Source: a virus (Duplodnaviria; Caudoviricetes). From it: DNA of 28,224 nt. The notes beneath the pieces are model-generated. The model did no database searches. It was not told where the DNA came from and saw nothing but the letters and a program-made list of their open reading frames with translations. Position numbers and translations under genes: made by a program. Shown in pieces: positions 1 through 12,200 of this stretch; the stretch's first letter is position 1, and each line of letters begins with the position of its first letter. The stretch covers positions 1-28,224 of the IMG/VR virus record IMGVR_UViG_3300020438_000208; one strand, 5' to 3'.

Positions 1-123
1 CTGCTGCGAATAACATCGTAGCATTCTCACGTCCAGTAAGCCCAGTTCGCACCCGTGAACTCGTCCTTGCTTGACCCAAAGGTGAGATGGGGGTTAAGTT
101 AGCCTTCTAACCCAAGTAACTCA
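1..123 (+). ncRNA. ssrA: tmRNA (ssrA), 3' part of the coding piece of a circularly permuted cyanobacterial-type gene; 5' part lies outside the window
   Basis: Frame 3-74 reads AANNIVAFSRPVSPVRTRELVLA-TGA, matching the ANNIV.F.R start of cyanobacterial tmRNA tags. It is followed by a pseudoknot (GGGTTA 91-96/TAACCC 108-113 and AGTTA 97-101/TAACT 117-121) and then directly a terminator. No T-arm/CCA end is present, as expected for the two-piece permuted gene of marine Synechococcus/Prochlorococcus. Confidence 0.8.
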
Positions 124-124
124 T

Positions 125-149
125 GAGGGGTGAAATGCCCCTCTTTTTT
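125..149 (+). terminator. Rho-independent terminator after the tmRNA
   Basis: GAGGGG (125-130) pairs with CCCCTC (138-143), followed by TTTTTT (144-149). Confidence 0.9.
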
Positions 150-211
150 AATGGTTCAAATTACATGTATATAAAATCTTAGAACCACAGTGAAATAAAG
201 GGATCTGCTTG

Positions 212-219
212 TATAAATA
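212..219 (+). promoter_or_regulatory. T4-type late promoter (gp55-dependent)
   Basis: Exact TATAAATA in the intergenic region 35 nt before the ATG at 255; AGGA at 243-246 is a possible RBS. Confidence 0.85.
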
Positions 220-254
220 AATGGACGGCAGATTATACCCATAGGAATAGCAGT

Positions 255-3200
255 ATGGCTTTGACAAGACTTGACAATCTTATTAGTTCAAAAACTGGTA
301 AGTATTTGTATGTGTCTCCTGACGATTTCAACGCATCGGATGAGCTGAACAACAGGGGAAATTCCCCAATTAGACCATTTAAGTCTATTCAAAGAGCATT
401 TATAGAGATCGCACGATACTCTTACTTACCTGGAAGAGATAACGACAGGTACGATCAATTCACCATCATGTTGATGCCTGGTAAGCATTACATTGATAAC
501 CGTCCAGGATTAATAGACTCTAGTGGTATTGATGCCTTCCAGTTTGATCAAGCATTAAGTGAATGGACTGATAGTTCATCATTAGATATATCTGATCCAA
601 ATAACATACTTTATAAGTTTAACAACACCGAGGGTGGTGCTATTATCCCTCGTGGTTCGTCTTTAGTTGGTTACGATTTACGTAGAACTACTGTTCATCC
701 TCTTTATGTTCCTGATCCTGCTGATATGTTGGAGAAGCGTTCTGCTATCTTCAATGTAACTGGTGGTTGTTACTTCTGGCAGTTTACTATAAGGGATGGT
801 GATTTAGAACCTTCTTCACCATTGTATGATACTAATGATGGTATAGGTAAAGTTTATAATCAGACTCCTCCTGCTGGTAGTCCTGGTACTGCATGGACAC
901 AGTTAGAAATTCCTAACTTCTCTCACCATAAACTAACTGTATTTGAATATGCAGCTAAGGAAGAGTTAGGTATCTACTATCAGAAAGTTGCCAAGGCATT
1001 CTCTCAGTATCAACCAACGATTGATGATGCTGGTGAGTTTGGTGATAGAATTCAAGAGACAAGAATTGTTGGACCTCTATCAGATCTTCGTTCTATTGAA
1101 TCTATTAAGTGTACTGATCTTACTGGATTGAATGCAGGACAGATTGAAGTTGAAGTAACTACTAAAGTACAGCATGGTTATTTCAAGAGTCAGTTTATTG
1201 CTATTGAGAACAATGGTCTTGATGAAGAATTAAATGGTACTTTCTCCATTAATGAAATTTCTGATTCTGATCTAAGAGTATTTACATATAGAATATCAGG
1301 AACTGTTGCTGCTTTAGGATCTACTACTAATCTTGTTAGTGGTGTATCTTATTCTGCTGCTAATGGATTGGATGGAAATGCCGTAGTTAAAGCAGAGGTT
1401 GACTCTGTTGAATCTGCATCTCCATACGTATTCAACTGTTCTATCAGATCTACATGGGGTATTTGTGGTATATGGGCAAATGGTTTGAAAGCCACTGGTT
1501 TCAAATCAATGGTTATCGCTCAGTATACTGGTGTATCACTCCAAAAGGATGACAGAGCATTCATCAGATATGATGAGTATACCAATACATTTAATCAAGC
1601 ATCTCTAACAGATGCATTTGCAACAGTACCTTACCACACTAAGGGTGATGCATTCTGGAAGGATGACTGGAGAAACTTCCACGTTCGTGCATCAGATGAT
1701 TCATTCATTCAGTGTGTTAGTATCTTCGCTGTTGGTTTTGCTGATCACTTCCTAATGGAAAGTGGTGGTGATATGAGTATCACCAACTCTAACAGTAACT
1801 TTGGTAATACATCACTCCATGCTATCGGTCATAAGGGTTATTCCTTTAACCAAGATAAGGGTGGATATATTACAGACATCATTCCTCCTCAGGTTGTTTC
1901 TACTTCATCAGGAAACGTTAAGAAGAATGCTTACTATACAATAGACGTACAAGCATCTAATGATATTAATAACCACACCAAATTGTATGTTGGTGATGAC
2001 TTAGCATATGATCCTAAGAAACGTCCAGCAGCTACCATTGATGGGTATCGTATTGGTGCTAAACTAGATGATGAGATTAAAGTTAAACTTCAACCAAATG
2101 ATACTGGTTTTAATGAGTATAGTTCTACTCTAACACCAACTGGTTTTGATAAGTTTACTGTATCAGCAGAAATATTAAACCCATCAGGTTATACACCTAA
2201 TAATGCTAACCTTGATACTGCTAATAGGATTGAAGCAAATAAAGAATTCATTGCTTATGAAGCATATGGATATATCCTAGGTAAGTATCCTAATTTAAAA
2301 ATTAATGATAACATTGAGATAGTTAAGTGTCGTAGAGATATTGGTTATCTACTTGGTGCTACTATACAAGATTTAAGATTGGGTGGTAACATTAATACTA
2401 TTCAGGCTGCTGAATCTTACTATGTTCAGACTCAAGGAACCAGTGAACTTAGTTATATTACTGGGGAACTAACAGAAACATTAGAAGCATATGATTATGC
2501 TAGAGATCTAGCAATTGCTGCATCTCGTAACTTTGTGTATCTACGTCAAGGTTGTGAAACAGTTGCAACTTCTTCATTAGTTAATGTTGGTGACACAAGT
2601 GGTATCGTTCAAGGTATGACTGTTGCTGACTATGCACCTAGTGAGTTTGATGATTCACAAGGCAATTACAAAGGACAGTTAAAAGAAAATGCTACACGTC
2701 CTAACTCACCTGTTATTCCAGACAATACATTTGTTAAGCGTGTTGTTGACTCAGCAACTATTGAACTTGGAGTTAAGAATTTAACTGGAGAGAAGAAAGT
2801 ATTCTCTAATCGTCATGGTGATGCTGCTAATTTAATTGAAGCAAACAGAGCATTCATTGCTGCTGAAGCATTTGATAGGATGTCTACGTTTGATTTTCCT
2901 GGATATACATCACCTACAGGATATACATCACAAGATTGTCTTGATGACATTTCTGATGCATTGAAAGCAATTGAACAGAACATAGCATTTGGTGGTAATG
3001 CAGAGACATGGGATGCTGCATACCATTATGATAGTGGTGCTGTTGCATACTTAGATGCTAAGAAAGACGAAACTATACGTTGCTTTGAATATGCCAAGGA
3101 CATGGCAATTCAGGTAATGCGTAAGGAAGATGTATTTGTTTTTGGTAGTCATGGGTTAACTCAAGTTAAGACCACTGCACAACTCAACTCTTCTAATACT

Positions 3201-6200
3201 GCTATTGCAGATGCAAGTGATCCTATTACTAATGTAGCACCAGACCCAGTTAATGATAAAGCTGGTGATGCACGTAATTTAATCCTTGCTAACGCAGATC
3301 TTATTGCACATGAGTCTGTTGAAAGAATGCTTCTTCAGTCTTCTACAGAGAAGTTTACTCCAACTGCTGCTGCTTACAACCCTGCTAGTGGTGATTTAAC
3401 ACTGACTATTAATAGTCATGGACTTACAGGAGCAACAACTTTATCAGCATCTGATGCTGACTATACTGCAAGCACAGGTGTTCTTACAATTACATCTAAT
3501 GGTCACAGCATGGTTGAGGGTGAAAGAGTTCACATCACTGATGGATCTCTTACATTTACATGTGGTATGGATAGTAATACTACCACACATGCATACCCAA
3601 GAGCAACTGACCCTGTGTCTGGTAAATGGTTAGAGATTTCTAATGTAACTACCAATACATTTGATGTTCATGTTGGTGATTCACCTATAGTATCATTTAC
3701 TCCTACTGCTGCTGATTACAATCCAACAACAGGAGTTATGGAACTTACTGTTGGTGCTCATGGATTGACTGCTGGTACAAATATTAAGATTGCTCAGGAT
3801 TCATTAACATTTACTTGTGATCAAGATAGTAATGCAACAAATCATACTTATCCAAGAGCAACAGACCCAATCATTAATGGTGTTGCTATTCAGTCTGTAA
3901 CTGCTAATACAATTACAGTTCAGGTCTTAGCATCTGCACCTTCTACAAATGTCACAAACCATACATTTGTTAGTTCTTCTGCTAACTCAGTTGTAACTGG
4001 TGGTGATTATGTACACCAATTCTCAACTGCAACTGCTAGTGGTATTAAGAGAGAGAATGATGCTATTAGAATTGATTACAATGCTTTAACATTCACTTGT
4101 GGAATGGATGGTAATGGTAGTCAGCATACTTATCCTCGTGTAAGTGATCCTGCTGGTGGTGCATTACTTGCTGTTGGAGATACAACTGCTAACACAGTTA
4201 CAGTTAATGTAGGTAAGTCAGTAGAGAAGACTTATGACGTTGGTGATGCTACGTACAATCATACAACTGGTGATCTAACTCTAAGTATAAGCAACCATAA
4301 ACTATTAAAAGGACAGAGTATTAGATTAGCTGATAATTCTATCACATTTACATGTGGACAGGATGCTAATGCTACTAATCATTCTTATCCACGTTCAACT
4401 GATCCAGCATATCAGACAGCGTTACCAATTACATCTGTTGGTTCATCAAATCATACAGCAACTGGTGCTACATATGAACCTTCAAATGGTGTTCTAGAAT
4501 TAACTGTAGCAAATCATGGTTTTACAAACGGAGATCGCATAAAAATTTCTGAGGGTTCTTTGACCTTCACATGTTCGTTTGATAATAATCTTACAGAACA
4601 TGCATATCCAAGACTTAGTGATCCTAAGAATGATAAGTGGTTAACTGTATCAGATGCAACTGTTAATACTTTCAAAGTTAATGTTGATGCAGCAGGTGCT
4701 GATCAACAGTATACTCCAACAGATGCTGCATATGATCCTGCAACTGGTGATCTAACTCTTACTATTGGATCTCATGCATTATCACAGGGTGATGGTATTA
4801 CTATTGATAATGATTCATTGTCATTCACATGTACAATGGATGGTAATCAAGTTGCTCAGACATATCCACGTGCAGGTAAAGATCAGGCATCAGGAAGATC
4901 TCTTCCTATTAAATCTATAACTGGTACATCAGTTACAGTTAATGTAGGTGTGGCAGGTGATGATAAGTATTTCCAACCTACTGCTGGAACATATAATGCT
5001 GCTACTGGTGAGATGGTTCTTACTGTAGGACAGCATGGATTTGCAGTTGGTTCTGACATTACTCTTAAAGATAATTCTCTTACATTTAGTTGTGATAAAG
5101 ATGGTAATGCAACCAATCATTCCTATCCTCGTCCTGGTACTGACCCCTATGCTGGTAAGTCTATATCTGTAACAGCAGTTGGTTCCACATCACATACTGC
5201 TACTGGTGCTGTATATACTCCTACAACAGGAGCATTGTTACTTTCAATTGCTAATCATGGATTCTCTAATGGAGACTACATTCAGATTGCTGATGACTCA
5301 CTCACATTTACATGTGAATTAGATGGTGATACCGCACAGAAATCATACCCTCGTACTGGATTTGATTATCCAAGTGGAAGATGGTTGAAGATTTCTAATG
5401 TTGTTGCCAATGCTTTTGAAGTTAACGTTGGTATTTCTTCTGATACATCCAACCATTCATTTGTTTCAGCAACTGCTAGTGGCATTACAAGACAAGATGG
5501 AACATTTACAATCAATGTAGGTTTTGATGCTGATGCTAACAATCAGTATGCACATACATTTGTTAGTGCTCTTGCTGATGCTGTTGAGTATGAACCACAG
5601 TCTTTACATACATTTGTAAGTGCTGGTGCTAACTCAGTAAAACATCTTCCTCAATCTGCACATACATTCAAGAGGGGTGCTACTGGTGGAATACTTAAGC
5701 AAGGTGGAACCATTACAGTTAATGTTAATGTAGGTGCATCTGGTCAACAGTATCCACATACATTTGTGAGTGCTACTAGTGGTGCTGTAATATCTGGTGG
5801 ACAATATCCACACACATTTGTATCTGCTGTAACTGATTCAATTCATAAGATATTCTATGTTGGTGGAACTAATCCTGCTTCTAAGATCTATCATAGTAAA
5901 GACTGTGTTGATGATGTTGTAGATGTATTGAAAGCTGTTGCAGATAACGTAGCATACGGTGGTAACGATAAGACATGGGATGCTGCTTATTCATACAAGA
6001 CTGGTAATCATGTTGTTGGTGAAGAATCTGAGACTAATGTAGTCTTTGATTATGCTAAAGAGTTGGCTGCTCTAGTCAGCAGAAATCAGAAGATCCTTAC
6101 AATTGGATCTCATGGTTTGACTCAGAGTATCAACAGTCAAATTACAACTGACTTTGCTCAAACTGCTGATAATAAGGGTGGTGATGCGTACAATTTGATT

Positions 6201-9200
6201 CAATCTAATAAAGAATTTATTGCAGAAGAAGCATACGAAAGAATGATTCTTAACAATGCTGGATTCTTACCACCAACAGGTAATCCACAGGATTGTATTG
6301 ATGATATTGCTGATTTTGTTAATGAAGTATCATACAACGTAGGATTTGGTGGTAACGATAGAACTTGGGACATGGCAAATCTGTATGTAACAGGTGCTCA
6401 TGTTGCTGGTGAAGAAGAACAGACACTTGCTGCATTCAAGGATGCTACTGAGATAATGATTCAGGTGATGAGAAATGAAAAGGTTCTCGTTATTGGTTCT
6501 CATGGTGGCACACAAACATATGATAATAGTATTACATCGTATGTTGCTAATCCAATTAACAATAAGGTAGCTGATGCAAGAGATTTGATAATTTCCAATA
6601 AAAATTTCGTGGCAGAAATTGCTCTTGGAAGGATGATTGCACAGTATCCTTCATACACATGGCAGACTGGTTATAGTTCTACTGATTGTCTTGATGATCT
6701 TAAGGATGTAGTAGATGTTGTAGCACATAACTTAGCATACGGTGGTAATGATCGTGTATGGGATGCTGCTAACATGTATGTTGCTGGTGCTCATGCTGCT
6801 GGATCAGAGAATGAAACAATCTATGCATTCAATCAGGTTCGTGACCTTATAAGACAGGTCATGACAAATGAGGCAGTTACAGTTGGTGGTCATACATCAC
6901 TAGCACAAGCAACTGATACCTCTATTACTGATGGTGTTACTAATGGTGATTGTGATGCTCCAAAAGCAACTGTTACTTCTTTAGTACAGATTCTTACTAA
7001 TACTATCAGTACACCTTCTTCACTACTCAGTGTTACACGTACAGGTGCTACTTACAAGTGTCCTACTGTAGAGTCTGCAATTAATACATTATCTGACATT
7101 GTTACTAATGCTATATCAACACCTGAGAGTCTTGCTCCAATAGCTAGAGTTAGGTCTGCTGGTAAGTGTGAGGATGTAAGAAATTCTATTGATACGTTGT
7201 TTACTATCATTCAGAATACTATTACTACACCAACTTCACTTAATAGTATCACAAGAAGTTCTTCTAATGGTTCTTGTCAGAATGTAGCGTCTACTATTAG
7301 TACTCTGTTTGGTATTCTTACAACAACTATTAATGATGTTACATCAGCTAACCCAACAGGTTATCTTAATAGTATAGAGAGAAAAACATCACCAGAGGGA
7401 ATTTCTTTCGGTGCATCAGTTAATCCTAATACAACAACTACAAATAGTTACCTCTGGTTTACTTTACCAGCAGGTATATACGCTGATCCTACTCTATTCA
7501 CACCATCTACTGATACTTCAATTACTATTGATGCAGGTTATCCACAGTGTAATAGTCAGTCTGATGCTGTTCGTCAGTTCTTTGCTAACATCAAGACTAT
7601 TATTCAGAATGGTTTGAATAGTGTTCCTAGAGCACAGGCTGCTAGTGTTGGTGCTCTTTCAAATAGAGCAACACTATGGAAGATTGCTGGAACTAACCCA
7701 CATGGTTTAGAAACTGGTACTGCTGTACGTCTTGTTCCAAGACCTAAAGCTGGTTTTGATGTTGATAAGCGTAAGGTAAGACTACCGAATGGTTTTGAAA
7801 CTAACGAGAAATATTATATCATAGCATCTGGTAGAGATACATTGCCAGAAAATTACTCTGGTGTGTCACAATTTGATGGTACTGAGAACTCTCAAGTATA
7901 CTTCATGTTGGCAAGCAGTATAGAGAATGCTGCTGCTGGTATCTATCTACACTCTGCTGAAGTAGAGGCAATAGATCCTTATGTAGAAATTGATGTTTAT
8001 CAATTCATACTTGATGATAAGTATGATCTACACCAGTATGGTTGTAAGATGGATGGTGTAGTTCCTTCTGGTATTCGCACAGATATTCCTAACATCTTTG
8101 ACGTTCCTCATTCAAATACAGGATCACCTGCTAAGCCACCTACATCACATAAGGTATTCTTTAGAGAAGATACAGATAACATCAAGAAGTTACCTTCAGT
8201 TTCTGGTACGTATGCTCTTGACCCTGCTGTTACATTCCAAAGTGGATCTAAGCAAGGTAAGATTAGGGATGATAAGTTCTTCTATGTAAGATATGAGAAT
8301 GCTAAGGTATTTACAGTCTATAAGACAGCAGACTTAGCAGTACAAGGTCAGATTAAAATTGACTTTGCACCTGATAGTGGTAATACTTATGGGTTCTTTG
8401 TGTTTGCTGATAAGCGTCAGTCTCCAATGAGATTTGATCCATCATTTGATAATCCAAATGCAACTGAGATGGGTAAGTGGTACTTAAATGTTAAACCTAA
8501 CTCAGATGGAGCTAACACCAATACATCTATGGAGATATTGGCTAGACTTCATACTCAGGCATACAATCAGAACTCTGGACAAGATAAGACTAATGATACT
8601 TTCTTTGAAAGAATTACTGATGACAGAGAAGCTGATGAGCGTATCTATCGCTTCCGTTATGTTATTCCTAAGTATCTTAAGTCTGTTCGTGATCCTCTAA
8701 ACGGATTTACCATTAAGGTACGTAAGGATGAGACTAGAAAACTATTACCACAGAAGATAGTACTTAAACCTATTACTGGAACAGCAGTAGCACAGTTTGC
8801 TAACCCTAATCAATCTAATGAGAAAATTGGATTTACTCAAGCAGATTTTGATGACACAACTAATAATGTCAACGAAGATAATCAGTATGATCCATACAGA
8901 AAGGTTCTAGATAGTGATCCTGTTGGGTCTACATTTATTAAGAGAGTTGCTACTACCAATTATATTGGAATGACAGTTCAGTCTGGTAATTACTTTACTG
9001 AACAATCTAGTGGTGATACTCTTCTTGAGTTGACAGTATTTGATCCTAGCATTGATAATGCTGCACTTGCTAATGAAAAACTAACAACAGTTAAGATTAC
9101 TGCACCTGAGGGTGGTAGTACTGCTACTGGATTTACTTTCAGTAAGGATATTAAGCAAGATGATAATACACAACCTACATTTAATAAGGTTGTTTGGAAT

Positions 9201-12200
9201 GCACCTCATGCTACTGGATATGCTTATATTCATGCTGTTTGTGAAGTTCCTGGCACTCCATCTGAGTGGCATTTAATTCTTAAGGGTGTTGTTAATACAA
9301 CAGGTAAACTTTTGTTCTCTGAATCTGATAACATTAGATTTGAGCAGGGTACAGTTTATGCAGACCTTAAGAGTGATCCTGACGGTGGCAAATCGCTTGA
9401 TACAAAAGATCTAATCGCAAAAAATTTGCCCCAGTATTATTACAAGCAATTAGCTGCATCTGTTTATACAGTAACACCTGGTGATATTATTCCAGATGAT
9501 ACTGGTAATCAATACCGTATTATATCTGTAGAAGATGTTGGTGAAATTGATGACACATTCTATATCTTTAATGTTCAGGAAATTAAGAAACGTATTTTTG
9601 AGCAACAAGAAGGTGTATACTATATCACTGCTGTTCGTGGTAACCATTCACCATTCCCAACAGGTGCTGGTAACCAAGGCAACTTTAGAAACTTTAAGTT
9701 CTCTCAACCAATTAGTAAGTTATATCCTCTTAACTATAAGAATGACCCTCTTTGGTATCAGCATCCTAAGTTAGAACCTGCTGCAATTGATCCACCTGCA
9801 ACATATTCTGCTGCTGATAACTATGTTCATGGTTTAGTTAAGGTTAATGACTTTAAGGGATCAATGACCAAGGAAGCAGTTGTTGATTTTACAAACACAT
9901 CAGCACTGGTAAATTACAGTTATACAGGAACTAATTCTCTTAAAGCACAGACAGGTAATGCTTCGTCTGGTTCAGAAGATCGTTTAATTCCTATTACTGG
10001 TGATAATACAGTTCTATCACGACAGAAACTATATGTTGAACTTAGACGACCATCTATTGCTCGTGCTGGTAACCATACGTTTGAATACCTTGGTTTTGGT
10101 CCAGGTAACTACTCAACTGGTCTACCTGCTAGACAGGAAGTTGTTCTTACTACAACTCAAGACTTCTATGCTCAGTCTAAGAAGCAAGATGGTGGTTTAG
10201 TATTCTACACTGGTCTTAACAGTAATGGTGACCTATACATTGGTAACCGTAAGATTGATGCTATCACTGGTGAGGAAGTATTCCTAGAAAGAGCAGCATT
10301 AGTTGATTCTGAGGATGATGGGGAAGATTTAGGAAGTCTTGTTACAACCTTTGATACTCCTGTAACATTCAATAAGAATATCACAGTCAATGGTGGTGAT
10401 GATCAGAACATGGTCAATAGGTTTAATTCTCCTGTTGAAGTTAATGTTCTTGGAACTATAGGCAAGGATGCTTTAATCATACAATCAAATGTAAGTACCA
10501 ATGCTGCTGATAATGAAGATCAATCACTTGATAGAACTTCTCAGTTCCTTAATAGTGATACTAAGGGTGATGTAGTAATATCTAAGAATAGGATTGCTGC
10601 TTCTGTATTCCAGTTTAACCCACGTGGTTCAAATGGTGCTGCTCAAGGATATAGAATTCAGAATCATGTTGTTGGATTACTTGGGTCTAACGTAACACCA
10701 AATCAGACTGCATTGTTTGTCAATGGTGGTACTGCATTATATCCAGAACAGAATGTATCCTATAGTTTTGCTGGAGCACCTCTAACTGGAGATATGCTTC
10801 TTAAGGGTGAGGAAGTAGGTAAGTCTGGATCACTTGGTTGGATATATGCTAATTACTATGCAGATATCGCTAATGCAAGTGTATACTCTCTACAACCTGA
10901 ATCAACTACTGTTGCTGGTAGAAAGATTAGAATAGATTGGAATGGATTAACTAACCAATCTATTGGTCTTACTAGTGGTTCTCAAATTAGAATCAGTGGA
11001 ATGCTTGATAATGTATTCAATGATACATTTAATATCATACCATCAACGTTTAATAAAAACAACACATATGTTGAATTTAATCTTGATATTGGAAATGAAA
11101 GAAGTGACATATCAGGTGATAATGTAAGATTGTGGTCAACAGAGGTATCATTAAATAATCCTTCACTATTGATGGAATATTCTAACTCTTCATGGAAGGA
11201 GTTTGGAGTTATTGGTGCTGAAGCTATTAGATCTAATGTAGATTTCATTGGTGAATATAAGGTTGGTATTAACACAGTTGCACGTGCTGAACATCAATCT
11301 GCTAAGAATGCATGGACTGAATTGGCAACAGAACCACGTGCTAACTTGGATGTTGTTGGTACAGCATTTATTAGTGGTAAGACATTTGATAATACTAATT
11401 GGTTAACAAATAGTGTATTAGGAAATAGAACTGAATCTTCTGTAGATAATGCATTCTTAGTTGGTGGTGATAGTAGACCAGGAGTTGATGCTAACAATGT
11501 TCCTTTACAGGATAATGAAGCAACTCTAAGAGTTTCTACTACTAACGGTGGTCGTGTTGGTATCAATGTAACCAATACACAATTAAATGGTTCTGCTGAT
11601 AGTGGAGTATACAATGCAGCACTTGCTGTAGATGGTAGTGGATTCATTAGTCAGAACTTACGTGTAGAGAATGATCTAGCAGTTAATGGTGGAGGCGGTG
11701 GTAACATTGCTAACCTAACAACTCTTATTACTACTGGTACATTTGAGTTTGTTAATGATACCGCATTCAAGGGTATTGCAGCAACTACTAGTGTTGCAGG
11801 TAGTAATGGATTGAAGATGGCAGGTTATCTCCATAATATTGAGATAGGTAATGCCACAACAGATATACAAGACATCAAGATTGGTAATACTAGTGCATCA
11901 AGTACCGTTACTCTTGGTGCTACACCTGATGGAAATATTCCTTCAGGATTTACTAACAGTACTGACATTTCGTTAGTTACTATTGGTGGTGCTTATAATA
12001 GTCTTGAGTCTAGTTCTGAAACTAGAATTGGTACTAAGAGCTTTAAGATTTATGGTGATGTTTGGTTAGGTTGGAGAAGAACTCCTACTGATGCTTCTCA
12101 GACCGTTGACTTTAAATCTAAAGCTACAGTAGTTAACTTCCTTTCTAACTCTGGTGGTCCTTCAACACTTAACTTTGCTACTAAGGCATCTGACGTTAAT

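Noticed and set aside
3354-5849. Large in-frame insertions as inteins or introns
   Set aside because: No intein C/S...HN-C/S/T junctions or homing endonuclease motifs were seen, the frame is open, and the inserts are homologous to their host domains.
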